Virus record (IMG/VR): IMGVR_UViG_3300038675_000477
Coordinates: 1 to 48,255 of that record
Source: a virus
Taxonomy: Duplodnaviria; Caudoviricetes
Direction: 5' to 3' (one strand)
Length of the DNA: 48,255 nt
A program made the translations under genes and the position numbers. Under the pieces are notes generated by a model. It saw nothing but the letters and a program-made list of their open reading frames with translations. It was not told the origin of the DNA and did no database searches. Below are positions 1 through 10,069 of the stretch, one piece after another; the stretch's first letter is position 1, and every line of letters begins with the position of its first letter.

Positions 1-142
1 ATTTTGCAACATTATTTCTCTTTATGCTCACATCATAATAATCATCAAAATTATCAATGCATATTATAGTATGATCATTTATTAAGCGATCAATTAGATT
101 ACTACCTATAAATCCTGCTCCTCCAGTTACAATTATGTTCAT
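1..142 (-). CDS. NAD-dependent nucleotide-sugar epimerase/dehydratase, N-terminus only (runs off the window edge)
   Basis: Not in the ORF track. My translation from ATG 142 is MNIIVTGGAGFIGSNLIDRLINDHTIICIDNFDDYYDVSIKRNNVAK. It has the extended-SDR TGGAGFIG motif and a DNF-xx-YY-x4-K segment typical of UDP-glucuronate-4-epimerase-like enzymes. Confidence 0.9.
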   Translation of the reverse strand, partial: MNIIVTGGAGFIGSNLIDRLINDHTIICIDNFDDYYDVSIKRNNVAK

Positions 143-163
143 ATTATTTTAATGTTAATTATT

Positions 164-2452
164 TTATTGAGTCTCAGTTACTCCTTCTTCAGATACTCTA
201 TAATCTCCATTGGTCATTTTAATATATGTTCTAAAAAAGTAATAAGCACCTCCAGCGTCATTAAAATCAAAATGAATTCCATATATGTCAACTTCAAAAT
301 CTACGCCAGGAGTTGGACTTGTAGCTGGGAAGAATTCATTTTGTGGATCAGCTTCATTAAATGGTAAACCTATACTGCTTCCATTATTATTAATAACTAT
401 CCCAGCTTCCACTACTCCTTCATTATCTGGATTAGTGTATGAACCATTTATTTGACAATGCATGTTACCATCAGAATATCCAACAACTTCTCCTAAAATA
501 GGAGCAGCTAATATCAATTCAGTCGTTGTAAAATCACCATAACCAACTTCTTGATATGTTATTCCGTCAATTATTACATACGTTTTAAAGAAATATTGTG
601 TATTAGGTGTTAATCCTGTAAGGTCAACAGTAAATCCATCTCCGTTTAAAGTTGGAATCGGTATTTTTGGAACATTTATGTATGTTCCATCTTCAGTTAA
701 ACAATAACCTATACCTGCTTCTGTAACTCCACTTCCATTATAAGTAATAGAACCGCCGATTGTTACAGTTGTACCTGTAATATCAGTTGCTCCCTCGTCT
801 GTAAAATAAGGAACATTTAAAGTATCATAATTATCTATGTATAATTCATATCTATTTACTCCAACTTTAACGTATGCTTTATATTGATAGTTTGTATTAG
901 CTGTTAATCCTGTAACTTCAAATGAAACTGGACTTCCTATTGTTTGTGGAACATCAGTCCAAGTAGTTCCTCCATTATCTGACCAAGATATACCTACTTC
1001 TGTGACTGGTCCTAAATAGATATATGTAAATTGTCCTGACACTGCTGTAATATTGATATTATCAACAGTTGCCTGATCAATAACTGGTATTGCGTATGTT
1101 ACATCTAAAATAATATTATCTCCATATTCATCCACATAGCTTAATAAAACATTACTATTACTAGAAGTTGAATAAACGTATTTAGTATAATTAGCAATAA
1201 TAGGTAAATAGTAATTTAAAAAAGATATATTTGAACCTATGTGATAATTATCATATGATGATCCAATAATTAAATAGCTTATATTATTTTCAAGATGATT
1301 ATTTGTAAAATCGTAACCTAATATACAATTATTAATACCTGTACCAACATCATTCTGTAGAAAGTTGGTACTTATTCCATTATAAAGAAATGAATGGCCA
1401 ATATTATTGGTTCTAAAATAATCATTTATGTAATTATTCATAAAATTATCATCAATTTTATTATTTTCAAAACTATCATATATTAAATTATAACTAAAAT
1501 TACAACCAATATCGTTATTTCTGAAATCTCTACCAATCGTATTATTTAAAAATCCTCTTTTTATTGTTATATTGTAACATGCATCTGCTATTACAGAATT
1601 ATACATCGTATCACCCGCAATGTAAACATCAAATAAACTGTTCGTATCGAAAAATAAATATGCATCAATATAATCGGTTGACACTGGCACATGATATAAT
1701 ACGCTATTAATATATATGTCCATAGATATAGGAGTATATGAACAATATCTATTAGTTGGACCCCAATAATTACTTTCATATATTTGAAACCAACTTCCTG
1801 TTGTATCATCATTATAATTTGGATCTATATTAATATTAGGAGTAAGACAAATTGCTATTGCCCTAGTATCACCACCATCATATTCCACTAAATCTCCGGT
1901 AACATATTCCACATTAGATCGCCAACTAGGTACTTCGCCAAAATCTAATGCCCATCTACGATACTTTATTGCTCTCCAATCTGTACCAACATTAATATTT
2001 TTTGCAGTATCAATCCTTCTAGTAATTCTTCCATATGTACTTCCTTCATCAGTAGAAGTAGGATCATAATAGATTATGTCATCTGTATATATTGTGCTCT
2101 TTGCAACCGGAGCCAACTCATTATCTGATATGGCTTGTACTATAATAGGTTCAACTTCACCCTCTAATGATTCATTAGATATTGGTTGAATATACGTAGT
2201 TTTATAATCAGTTATAAGATATGTTGCCCCTGGTATTAATTCATTTGTATTAATATTAGAAAGTAATTCGGCATATGTTACAGGAATAATTATCACATTA
2301 CTTATCATGCTATTAAAAAGTTCATTAATAGCTCCTGGTATAGTTTTATCAATAGTTTCTAATGATAAATCAGTAACTGACTGTTTATTAGTTTCAAGTG
2401 AATTTAAAGACTCTAATAATCCCGATACTTGTTGTTTATTTATTTTGCTCAT
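164..2452 (-). CDS. Putative tail fibre / receptor-binding or decoration protein (beta-helix plus three FN3-like repeats)
   Basis: Contains an LIPGATYLITDY motif, a CBM5/12-like WRSNVEYVTGDLVEYDG segment, about 12 nine-residue IGxxFxxNx repeats, and three C-terminal VxExGI...TGLTxNTxY..K/RxYV FN3-like units. Confidence 0.65.
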   Translation of the reverse strand: MSKINKQQVSGLLESLNSLETNKQSVTDLSLETIDKTIPGAINELFNSMISNVIIIPVTYAELLSNINTNELIPGATYLITDYKTTYIQPISNESLEGEVEPIIVQAISDNELAPVAKSTIYTDDIIYYDPTSTDEGSTYGRITRRIDTAKNINVGTDWRAIKYRRWALDFGEVPSWRSNVEYVTGDLVEYDGGDTRAIAICLTPNINIDPNYNDDTTGSWFQIYESNYWGPTNRYCSYTPISMDIYINSVLYHVPVSTDYIDAYLFFDTNSLFDVYIAGDTMYNSVIADACYNITIKRGFLNNTIGRDFRNNDIGCNFSYNLIYDSFENNKIDDNFMNNYINDYFRTNNIGHSFLYNGISTNFLQNDVGTGINNCILGYDFTNNHLENNISYLIIGSSYDNYHIGSNISFLNYYLPIIANYTKYVYSTSSNSNVLLSYVDEYGDNIILDVTYAIPVIDQATVDNINITAVSGQFTYIYLGPVTEVGISWSDNGGTTWTDVPQTIGSPVSFEVTGLTANTNYQYKAYVKVGVNRYELYIDNYDTLNVPYFTDEGATDITGTTVTIGGSITYNGSGVTEAGIGYCLTEDGTYINVPKIPIPTLNGDGFTVDLTGLTPNTQYFFKTYVIIDGITYQEVGYGDFTTTELILAAPILGEVVGYSDGNMHCQINGSYTNPDNEGVVEAGIVINNNGSSIGLPFNEADPQNEFFPATSPTPGVDFEVDIYGIHFDFNDAGGAYYFFRTYIKMTNGDYRVSEEGVTETQ
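1223..1564 (-). repeat. 9-residue (27-nt) periodic beta-helix repeat region in the fibre protein
   Basis: Units such as IGRDFRNND, IGCNFSYNL, IYDSFENNK, IDDNFMNNY, INDYFRTNN and IGHSFLYNG. Confidence 0.8.
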
Positions 2453-2470
2453 TTATTACTTAATTAAATT

Positions 2471-3871
2471 TTAGAATATATATAATAATGAAATCCTCCA
2501 ACCTGCTTTTAATTCTAAATCAATATAATTTCCATTCCAGAATAATTGATCACCTGCTTGAATTCTACCGTTTGGTCCAAGAGATGAAAAACTTCTAGCA
2601 GTTAATCCACCGTCTCCTGAAAAATAGAATGACTTATCTGTTACTCCATCACCAACCTCATATTCTACCCCATTTACTTTAACTTCTACATAACTTCCAT
2701 TAATAGGAGTATGTGATATTGTGTCATTTGTTGCTAATGCAGGAGTACCAGGAGATCCTATTGTAATAGTATCTAACGCTACTAAATTTTTATCATCAGT
2801 ATTAAGTCTTTGAACTATATCGCCAGCATCAATTCCTCCAGCTGCTAATATGATAACTTTAACAGTTGGTTTAGTTTCAGTTAAAGTAATATCTACAGTA
2901 TTATTTGTATAATTATCAGCGTGTCCTTCTACTCTTTCATTAGTTGCGATGTCTATGAAATCTATTACTATATTTGTTGTATGTAAGTCGTGATATATTG
3001 TCTCGGTGACATCAGCGGTAAATGATCTAATTTCCCAATACGCATAATTAGGAATTCCTAATAGAGCCGAAGCTGAAACCCAGGTTGCATTACCTTGCCC
3101 ATCAGATTGTAAAACATATCCAGATGATTGGTTTCCATCGATGAATTGGAATCCACCTGGAGAAGTTAAAGTTCCTATTACAGCTTTTCCTGATAATTTA
3201 AAGTAGGCATTATCTCCATCCTTTCTCCATACGTGATTTGTTAGGATATCAAATGTGTTGTTATCATCGTCTGTTAGATATATTGTAGTTCCTACAGGTT
3301 CGTATGCATTTTGTAATCCTGGAGGGCCAACCCATAATTGACTTGTTCCTTGATCGGGAGTTGGTAAAACTATTGGAGATCCTACTTCATATAGAAGTTT
3401 TATATCATTAACTGGAGCAGTTAGATTAGTTAAACTAACCCATCCTCTTCCTGCTAAATATCCTATTATATCTTCTCCGAATTCTGGTTTATTGTTCTGT
3501 ATACCAGTGTATATTATTTCTCCTGGAACTCCAACATCTGGCCAATCATTAAAATTAGTTAGACGGTGTCTCTTAGACTCAGATATAACTACTCTCAGCT
3601 CTTGTCCTTCTGCTCTACCTAAAGAATCTATTTTAAAAGTAGTCACTCCATCTACTTTCATAGATAGAGTATCATTGATGTCAACATACGTGAATGTTCC
3701 TTTATTTACTGTAAACGAATTAGTAGATTCGTCATACTCTATTGTATTAAGAAATGATAAGCCAGCTTCTGCTAAATTTTTAAAATTTAAATTAGTAACA
3801 TCTATAATTGACGTTAAACTGGAGTTACTCAACTTCTTTATATCTTCAAGTCTGTCTATGATTGTTGACAT
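2471..3871 (-). CDS. Putative virion structural protein (tail fibre/baseplate-associated)
   Basis: Has a DGNQSSGYVLQSDGQGNATW fibre-shaft-like motif, is beta-rich and G/T-rich, and is preceded by an ATAAATA late-type element. Confidence 0.55.
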   Translation of the reverse strand: MSTIIDRLEDIKKLSNSSLTSIIDVTNLNFKNLAEAGLSFLNTIEYDESTNSFTVNKGTFTYVDINDTLSMKVDGVTTFKIDSLGRAEGQELRVVISESKRHRLTNFNDWPDVGVPGEIIYTGIQNNKPEFGEDIIGYLAGRGWVSLTNLTAPVNDIKLLYEVGSPIVLPTPDQGTSQLWVGPPGLQNAYEPVGTTIYLTDDDNNTFDILTNHVWRKDGDNAYFKLSGKAVIGTLTSPGGFQFIDGNQSSGYVLQSDGQGNATWVSASALLGIPNYAYWEIRSFTADVTETIYHDLHTTNIVIDFIDIATNERVEGHADNYTNNTVDITLTETKPTVKVIILAAGGIDAGDIVQRLNTDDKNLVALDTITIGSPGTPALATNDTISHTPINGSYVEVKVNGVEYEVGDGVTDKSFYFSGDGGLTARSFSSLGPNGRIQAGDQLFWNGNYIDLELKAGWRISLLYIF

Positions 3872-3889
3872 TTAAAAATTATCTTTTTT

Positions 3890-5191
3890 TTATTTATTTA
3901 AAATTACAGTATCGTTATCGACTGTAGCATCTAGTCCAAGTTTACCTCTATTCACTAAACATTTTTTAAGATCAGCATGTATCATGTCCTTTGGATTATT
4001 ATCTAAATAACTATCTCGTATTACATTTTCTCTGCCGTGATATTTTGATTCTAATATTTTAGAATTTTTAATGTTATTATATGACATGATATCACATTCT
4101 TCTAATTTTGAATTTTTAATGATACAGTCATTAAACAAGCACTTTTTTAAATCTGCTTCTATTGTGCAATTGTAAAATTCAATGCCTTCCAACACTATAT
4201 TCTTTTTGATCTTAGCATCTTTTATTTGTATCACTTTTCTTTCATTATCCCAGTTTATTTCTGCTTCATTTACTCCGCTGAATGCTACTAATTCGAATAT
4301 TTTTTCTCTAAAGGTGTTATAATTAGACTCTATTAAATATTCAGAATCTTTAAGATCGAAATATAATTGAATGTTTGGATAATTTGATTTGAATTTAGTA
4401 AACGTTTTTGTTCCGTCTACTGCTTTTCTATAGTTTTCTACAAGTTTTTCTATCTTTCTCTTTTCGTCTATATTATAAGTCCAGTTCTCTTTAAGAGTTT
4501 CATCTATTCTATCAATTATAGAATTAATCGTATCTACTATTTCTTTCTTTCTCTTTTGATATCCTTTTCCTCCTATGTAATTTACAGTTAGATATCCTTC
4601 GTTTAATCCTTTAAAATCTAAACCATAATATTCAGAGGTTGGAAAATTAAATGAATTGCTATCCATTCTTTCTATAGATGAAGTGGATATTATAGTATTA
4701 TAAGGATCTTTTGATTTGATACTAAAATTTTCAGAAAGATTTACTTTGTGTCTCTCAGTATCATCGGTGTTCCATTTTTCTAATATATCAGATTCATTTA
4801 ATCCAATGACATATTTAAATTTGTTTAATTTATTGAACCCACGTTCATTGACTGAAACCTTAATTTTCGCTTCACATCTATTATCAGTATATCCGAAATG
4901 CTCTATAATGTTCATTGATTTCATCATAGTGTGAATAGCATCTTGATAATTCATGAATCCTGTCTCAAATACGAAGAATTTTGAATCTTCACAATATTTG
5001 TTAGACAATTTAAAAATCTGATCATTTGGTTTAAAGCTTTCATCCACTCCTTTGAACCATTTAATGTTTTTTCCTAAATTCTTAGACAGTTTAGACGCCA
5101 TGTCTCTTCGTCTAATTGGAGATCTGAATTCAAATATAAATGCTAGCTTCGATGAGTTGTAAAAATTTGATTTATCTAAGTTTTTATACAT
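3890..5191 (-). CDS. Amidoligase (COOH-NH2 ligase)-fold protein with apparently degenerate catalytic motifs and a C-terminal beta-helix
   Basis: Start reassigned to ATG 5191 (MYKNLDK), which removes the overlap with the divergent gene. The motifs AFIFEF, GYTDNRCEAKIKVS, YYGLDF and YLTVNYIGG follow the amidoligase order GxExE, CxxHxH, KYxxxN, YLEFRYIGG. The C-terminus has F/IxNCxIxNS repeats. Confidence 0.5.
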   Translation of the reverse strand: MYKNLDKSNFYNSSKLAFIFEFRSPIRRRDMASKLSKNLGKNIKWFKGVDESFKPNDQIFKLSNKYCEDSKFFVFETGFMNYQDAIHTMMKSMNIIEHFGYTDNRCEAKIKVSVNERGFNKLNKFKYVIGLNESDILEKWNTDDTERHKVNLSENFSIKSKDPYNTIISTSSIERMDSNSFNFPTSEYYGLDFKGLNEGYLTVNYIGGKGYQKRKKEIVDTINSIIDRIDETLKENWTYNIDEKRKIEKLVENYRKAVDGTKTFTKFKSNYPNIQLYFDLKDSEYLIESNYNTFREKIFELVAFSGVNEAEINWDNERKVIQIKDAKIKKNIVLEGIEFYNCTIEADLKKCLFNDCIIKNSKLEECDIMSYNNIKNSKILESKYHGRENVIRDSYLDNNPKDMIHADLKKCLVNRGKLGLDATVDNDTVILNK

Positions 5192-5304
5192 AAAATGAAT
5201 AATCTTTAATTTATTTATTAAAGAAAGACTAAAGTAAACAAATATTTGCTGATCTAAATCACAATATTTCAGTAATAAATAATAATAAATAGCAAAGAAA
5301 TTAA

Positions 5305-6966
5305 ATGGCATCAACTACAGCATTTAAAGGTTATAAGATATTTACGACTCTTAAAGTAAATATAGAAGACATCATATTAGATTCTATAAATTATCTGACT
5401 AATAGATTTAACCAAAATAAATCAGTATTTACAGCGGCATCACCTTTTGGTCAATTATTAATAGTAGTAGAAAATCTATCACAATTAATATTTTATTACA
5501 TAGAAGATGCTGTTACTGAGCTAAATATAAATGAGGCTACTCGACTAACTTCAATTTATTCGCTGGCAACTTTAGCTGGACATAACCCGAGCCGAGCAAT
5601 GTCTGCCGTGGGAAAGATTTCGCTCTCGGTGAATGAAGAAGGTGAAGAGTTTCCTGCAGATGTTGTAATAATTCCAAATTTAACAAGACTTACTAATTTA
5701 AATAACGGTTTAACGTATGTATTAGATTTATCACAAGATCAGATTAAATTTTCATTAAATGGAAATGATAATGGACTTGAGTTAGGAATTAGACAAGGAA
5801 TTGTAGAAACTCAGACGGTTATCGCAAAAGGAGTAGCCCTTGACAGTTTTTCTATAGGAAGTTCTCAGAATTTCTTCATAGATCAGTATTTCTTAAATGT
5901 ATATGTTAATGGAGAAAAGTGGAGAAAATATGATTCTATTTTAGATATTCCTAACGGTGCTGACGGATATATTGCAAAAACAGGAATAACTTCAGGTCTA
6001 GATATCTTTTTTGGAAATGATACTTATGGAAAAATACTTGCACCTGGAACTGAAATTATAGTTGAATATTTAATTAATGAAGGACCGAGAGGAAACATTA
6101 GAACTGAAGATACTGATCAAGTTAAGTTTACGTTTGTGGACACAGGATTTACTGTTTTAGGAGAAGAAGTAGAACTGAATGATTTTATTACTATAACTAC
6201 AACAACTGCGCCATTCTTTGGAGTAAATCCTGAGAGTGCAGAATTAACGAGATTAATTGCTCCAAAGACATCAAAATCATTCGCACTTGTTAATCCTGAT
6301 CATTATGAAATTGTTTTAAGAAAATTAAACATGTTTTCATTAATTAACGTATATTTAGATGATGAAGATAACCGAATATTAAATATATTTTTGGTTCCTG
6401 ACATTAGAAAGACGTTTAGCGTTGCTCAAAATTATTTTGGAGCAGATTTAAACAAATTTAAAATGAATGATTATCAAAAGTCAGAACTATTAAAATACAT
6501 AGAAAAAGCCGGAAGCAAACTCATATCTACTGATATCAAATTAATAGATCCTGTAATAACTAATTACGTTATAAATTTAAGTATAATCACATTCGATGAT
6601 GTTCCTCCTGAAATAATTAAAAATGATATTTATGATTCTATTGGAAAATATTTTATAGTAAATACGCGTAGAAATAGAATTCCTAAAAGTGATTTAATAA
6701 AATTAATAGAGGAAGTAAACGGAGTGGATTCTGTTTCTATTAAAATATTAGGAGAAAATAATGAGACTTCTAAAAAATCTAATCCAGATGCTGCTCTAGT
6801 TGGACTTGATGAATACAACGATATTATAATTTCAGGAAATCAACTTCCAGTTATAAGAGGAGGTTGGAGTGATAGAAACGGAAATGAATATGTTTTAGGA
6901 ATATCTGAAGAAGAATTAGGAGCAGTAAATATATCAATAACTGACATCGTTAAACGACCAAAATAA
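5305..6966 (+). CDS. Baseplate wedge subunit (T4 gp6-like)
   Basis: EATRLTSIYSLATLAGHNPSRAMSA, IFFGNDTYGKIL, EYLINEGPRGN and GVNPESAELTRLIAP are typical gp6/baseplate-J family motifs. Confidence 0.85.
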   Translation: MASTTAFKGYKIFTTLKVNIEDIILDSINYLTNRFNQNKSVFTAASPFGQLLIVVENLSQLIFYYIEDAVTELNINEATRLTSIYSLATLAGHNPSRAMSAVGKISLSVNEEGEEFPADVVIIPNLTRLTNLNNGLTYVLDLSQDQIKFSLNGNDNGLELGIRQGIVETQTVIAKGVALDSFSIGSSQNFFIDQYFLNVYVNGEKWRKYDSILDIPNGADGYIAKTGITSGLDIFFGNDTYGKILAPGTEIIVEYLINEGPRGNIRTEDTDQVKFTFVDTGFTVLGEEVELNDFITITTTTAPFFGVNPESAELTRLIAPKTSKSFALVNPDHYEIVLRKLNMFSLINVYLDDEDNRILNIFLVPDIRKTFSVAQNYFGADLNKFKMNDYQKSELLKYIEKAGSKLISTDIKLIDPVITNYVINLSIITFDDVPPEIIKNDIYDSIGKYFIVNTRRNRIPKSDLIKLIEEVNGVDSVSIKILGENNETSKKSNPDAALVGLDEYNDIIISGNQLPVIRGGWSDRNGNEYVLGISEEELGAVNISITDIVKRPK

Positions 6967-6976
6967 TTAAAAAACA

Positions 6977-7222
6977 ATGGTAAAAGATAGCGTATATAGA
7001 CCAATTTACGAAAGAAGAGAAAAGAGATTAAATTTAGGATATGATTATAAAGATAATATCATGAAAAACACTCTTTCTGGACAAATGTTTAATGTTAACA
7101 CTGATTTAAATACATTCATAACTAGTATTAATGATATTATGTATAATTTAATAGAATCAGTTAAACAGATTAAAGTATTTGCCAATCCTGCTGTAGATAA
7201 ATACGAAAATAAATTAAATTAA
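6977..7222 (+). CDS. Hypothetical protein (possibly baseplate-associated)
   Basis: Clean ORF in the same operon, between the wedge gene and terS. Confidence 0.6.
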   Translation: MVKDSVYRPIYERREKRLNLGYDYKDNIMKNTLSGQMFNVNTDLNTFITSINDIMYNLIESVKQIKVFANPAVDKYENKLN

Positions 7223-7947
7223 TGAGCGACGCAAAATTAGATAAAAAGACAAGAGAAGGATTAAAGAGTGAAATAGAATCCTTGCTTCAAAACATAGGAG
7301 AAGAGGATAATGCTTCTATGCTATTAGATAACGAACTGTCAAAAGAATTAGAACGAGTATGTCCGTATGATTTTGAAGAAATGAGTGTAAACTTTACTAA
7401 AAAAGCTAAAGATATAACTGATTCTCTGTTTAAAAACTTTGTAGATGTTGGAATATTCGAAAATAACGATTATGCTAGACATAAAAAGGAGTTAGATACT
7501 ATAAATATATCTAACTTATTTTTTCAATTAAAAACTCTAAAAATTACTATAACAAAGGTGATGGAAGAGATTGCATCAGGCAACACTCATCCTAGGCTAA
7601 TAGAAGTAATGGGACAGCTACAAGATAAGATGGCCAGCATCACCAAAATGCAGGCTAATTATGTTCTATTCTTAGAAGAGACATATAAAAAATTAAATGA
7701 AGATGTTCCAGTTAATCCTAATAGCGTTAAAATTGAATCTAAAAACTCAGAAGGACAATTTTTTATTTCTGTTGGAACTAAAAATGTTATAGAAAATCTT
7801 CCTGATGTAGCAATAGAAGACGACGATTCTTCTATTAAAAATCTTGTAGACCCAACTAATAAAAGCGATCTTATGAGAGAAAAAAATATTAAGATCGAAG
7901 AAGTTGATAAAAGCGATGATTTTATTGACTTGACAGAAATCATTTAA
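7222..7947 (+). CDS. terS: Probable terminase small subunit (T4 gp16-like)
   Basis: SGNTHPRLIEVMGQLQDKM resembles the T4-like gp16 motif (S/H)PRxxEVxxQL. The gene lies immediately upstream of terL. Confidence 0.65.
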   Translation: MSDAKLDKKTREGLKSEIESLLQNIGEEDNASMLLDNELSKELERVCPYDFEEMSVNFTKKAKDITDSLFKNFVDVGIFENNDYARHKKELDTINISNLFFQLKTLKITITKVMEEIASGNTHPRLIEVMGQLQDKMASITKMQANYVLFLEETYKKLNEDVPVNPNSVKIESKNSEGQFFISVGTKNVIENLPDVAIEDDDSSIKNLVDPTNKSDLMREKNIKIEEVDKSDDFIDLTEII

Positions 7948-7952
7948 ATACT

Positions 7953-8555
7953 ATGCAGGATATAATGTCAACGCGAGGAGGATTCTCGTCCATTAAGGTG
8001 TCAGCATTGGGAGGAGATTCAAAGGACAATAGTTATATATGGACTACTGAGAAGATCAACGTGCTAGTTAATGACATTAATACCGGTAGACAGGACATTA
8101 GAAAATTATCAAGATCCCCGTTCAAAGACAATGACATAAATCTAAAGAGAGAAGATCTTCCTTTTGAATACACTCCTGAAGAAATGGACGAATTAGCTAA
8201 ATGCAAAAAGAGTCTAATGTATTTTGTGTTGAACTATTGCGTTATACGAACTTTTCAAGGAGACAAGCTAATTAGAGAATTAGGAGGATTAAGAGATTTT
8301 CAGAATCAAATACTTGCTAATTTTAAAGATAACAACTTAAATATACTCATGGCATCACGTCAGACGGGTAAGTGTTTAACTCTCAATACGTTAGTTGAAT
8401 TATATGACACTACTTTAAACATCAAAGTAACCTTACCTCTGTATGAATTATATTTTATGTTGATAAAAGAATCTAGAAAATTAACTATTTTTGAAAAGAT
8501 TAAATATAAATTATATAAAATAGCTTATTATTGTCAAGAAGCGATTGATAAATGA
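7953..8555 (+). CDS. terL: Terminase large subunit N-terminal fragment fused to a split intein N-part
   Basis: YTPEEMDELAKCKKSLMYFVLNYC, LRDFQ (adenine-binding) and MASRQTGK are T4 gp17-type motifs. The Walker A is interrupted by CLTLNTLV (intein block A). Confidence 0.9.
   Translation: MQDIMSTRGGFSSIKVSALGGDSKDNSYIWTTEKINVLVNDINTGRQDIRKLSRSPFKDNDINLKREDLPFEYTPEEMDELAKCKKSLMYFVLNYCVIRTFQGDKLIRELGGLRDFQNQILANFKDNNLNILMASRQTGKCLTLNTLVELYDTTLNIKVTLPLYELYFMLIKESRKLTIFEKIKYKLYKIAYYCQEAIDK
8373..8552 (+). mobile_element. Split intein N-fragment (IntN, 60 aa)
   Basis: Cys1 (TGT 8373) comes right after GK. Block A CLTLNTLVELYD...LPLYELY is followed by a basic/aromatic helical tail and a TGA stop. 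Confidence 0.85.
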
Positions 8556-8562
8556 AAATAAA

Positions 8563-9639
8563 ATGAGAAAAGAAAAAATTAAAATATGTCAAAAATGTAG
8601 TTCTGAATTTTCAACAGACGGTAACAATGTTAAGTTCTGTTCTAAAGAGTGTAGAGATATTTATAATAATGATAAAAAATACGAAGGAAAAGTAGAAGGA
8701 ATGGATTATATCATATGTCAATTGTGTCATCATAAAGTTGAAAGAATATTTGGACAACATATAAGATTATCACATCCTGATAAAACTGAAGCTGATTATA
8801 AAAAAGAATTTCCAAATGCTCCATTATATTGTGAAAATGACAAAAAACAATTTGCTAAATCTAGTGGAAAACATATGAAGACTGAAAAATATAGAAAGTT
8901 ATATTCTGAGATGACAAAAGGAGATAAAAATCGTAATCATAAAAATAATACTACAGAACTTCAAAGAAAGGAAAGATCTCCTTATTGCATAGAATTTTGG
9001 ATTAAGAGAGGATATAATGAAGATTATGCAAAAGATAAAATATCTAAATTTGCTAAAATGAATAAACAACAATCAACTACTCTTAAATATTGGTTAGAAA
9101 AAACAGATGGAGATTTAGAAGAAGCAAAAAGATTATTAAAAGAAAGACAATCCACTTTCTCTTTAGAAAAATGTATAGAAAAATATGGAGAAATTAAAGG
9201 AACAAAGAGATGGCAAAAGAGACAAGAAAAATGGTTAAAAAATTATAAGAAGAATAACTTTTCTAAAATTTCACAAGATTTATTTTTAAAAATTTATGAT
9301 AGAATCAAAGGTGATTTCAATGAAATATATTTTGCTACATTAAACGAAAACAATATAATCGATAATTCTGGCAAAAATTATGAATTCAGATTGTCTCTAA
9401 AAAATAAAGTTATTTTACCTGATTTTTTCATTAAAGATATTAATAAAATTATAGAATTTGACGGAGCATATTGGCATGGTAAATATCAAAGTGACAAAAC
9501 TAATGTGTCTAGAGAAAAAGAAAGAGATGTATCAATTATCGAAAATGGTTATAAAATACATCATGTTAGTGAATTAAATTACTATAAAGACAAAGAAGGA
9601 GAGATTCAAAAATGTTTAGATTTCATTTATGATATTTAA
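8563..9639 (+). mobile_element. Free-standing homing endonuclease, Vsr/DUF559-like, with N-terminal Zn-binding motifs
   Basis: CQKC..CSKEC and CQLC..H..H motifs, and a C-terminal LPDFFIKDINKIIEFDGAYWHG...RD...GYKIHHVSE nuclease domain. It sits between the intein halves. ATG 8563 is preferred over TTG 8545. Confidence 0.8.
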
Positions 9640-10069
9640 ATTAATCAAATATATGGCTCTTAAAATGATTCAATTAATAGAAATAATTGAATATAGAGGA
9701 GTCATGTTTGATGAAAAGAATGATGACATTAAAATAATAGATACTCAATTTACAGAAAGATATTTAATAAAGACAGATAGCGGATTTCATCCAATAACTA
9801 ATGTTCATTTAACACAACCTTATACTAAGTACATTTTAAAAACTGAAAATGGTAAGTCATTAGAATGCGCAGATAATCATATAATTTTTGATAAAAATAT
9901 GAGTCAAGTTTTTATTAAAGATTTAAATGAAGGAGACTATATTCAAACAGATGAAGGATTATCAAAAATTTTAAAATTACATAAAACTGATCATAAAATA
10001 TGCATGGGAGATGTCACAGTTGCAAGTGGAGATCATAGATATTATTCTAACGGTATATTAAGTCATAAC
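9629..10069 (+). mobile_element. Split intein C-fragment (IntC, up to 147 aa)
   Basis: Carries block B (LECADNH), the DLNEGDYI segment, block F (GDVTV) and block G (SHN). The +1 residue is Thr (ACT 10070). Confidence 0.88.

Noticed and set aside
5192-5314. N-terminal extensions given by the ORF track (also 34344-34418, 39264-39302 and 46569-46640)
   Set aside because: They run through AT-rich intergenic or promoter DNA or overlap neighbours. Downstream ATGs fit better.
8373-10069. Group I intron explanation for the terL interruption
   Set aside because: The interval is fully protein-coding with clear intein blocks at both junctions, leaving no room for an intron core.
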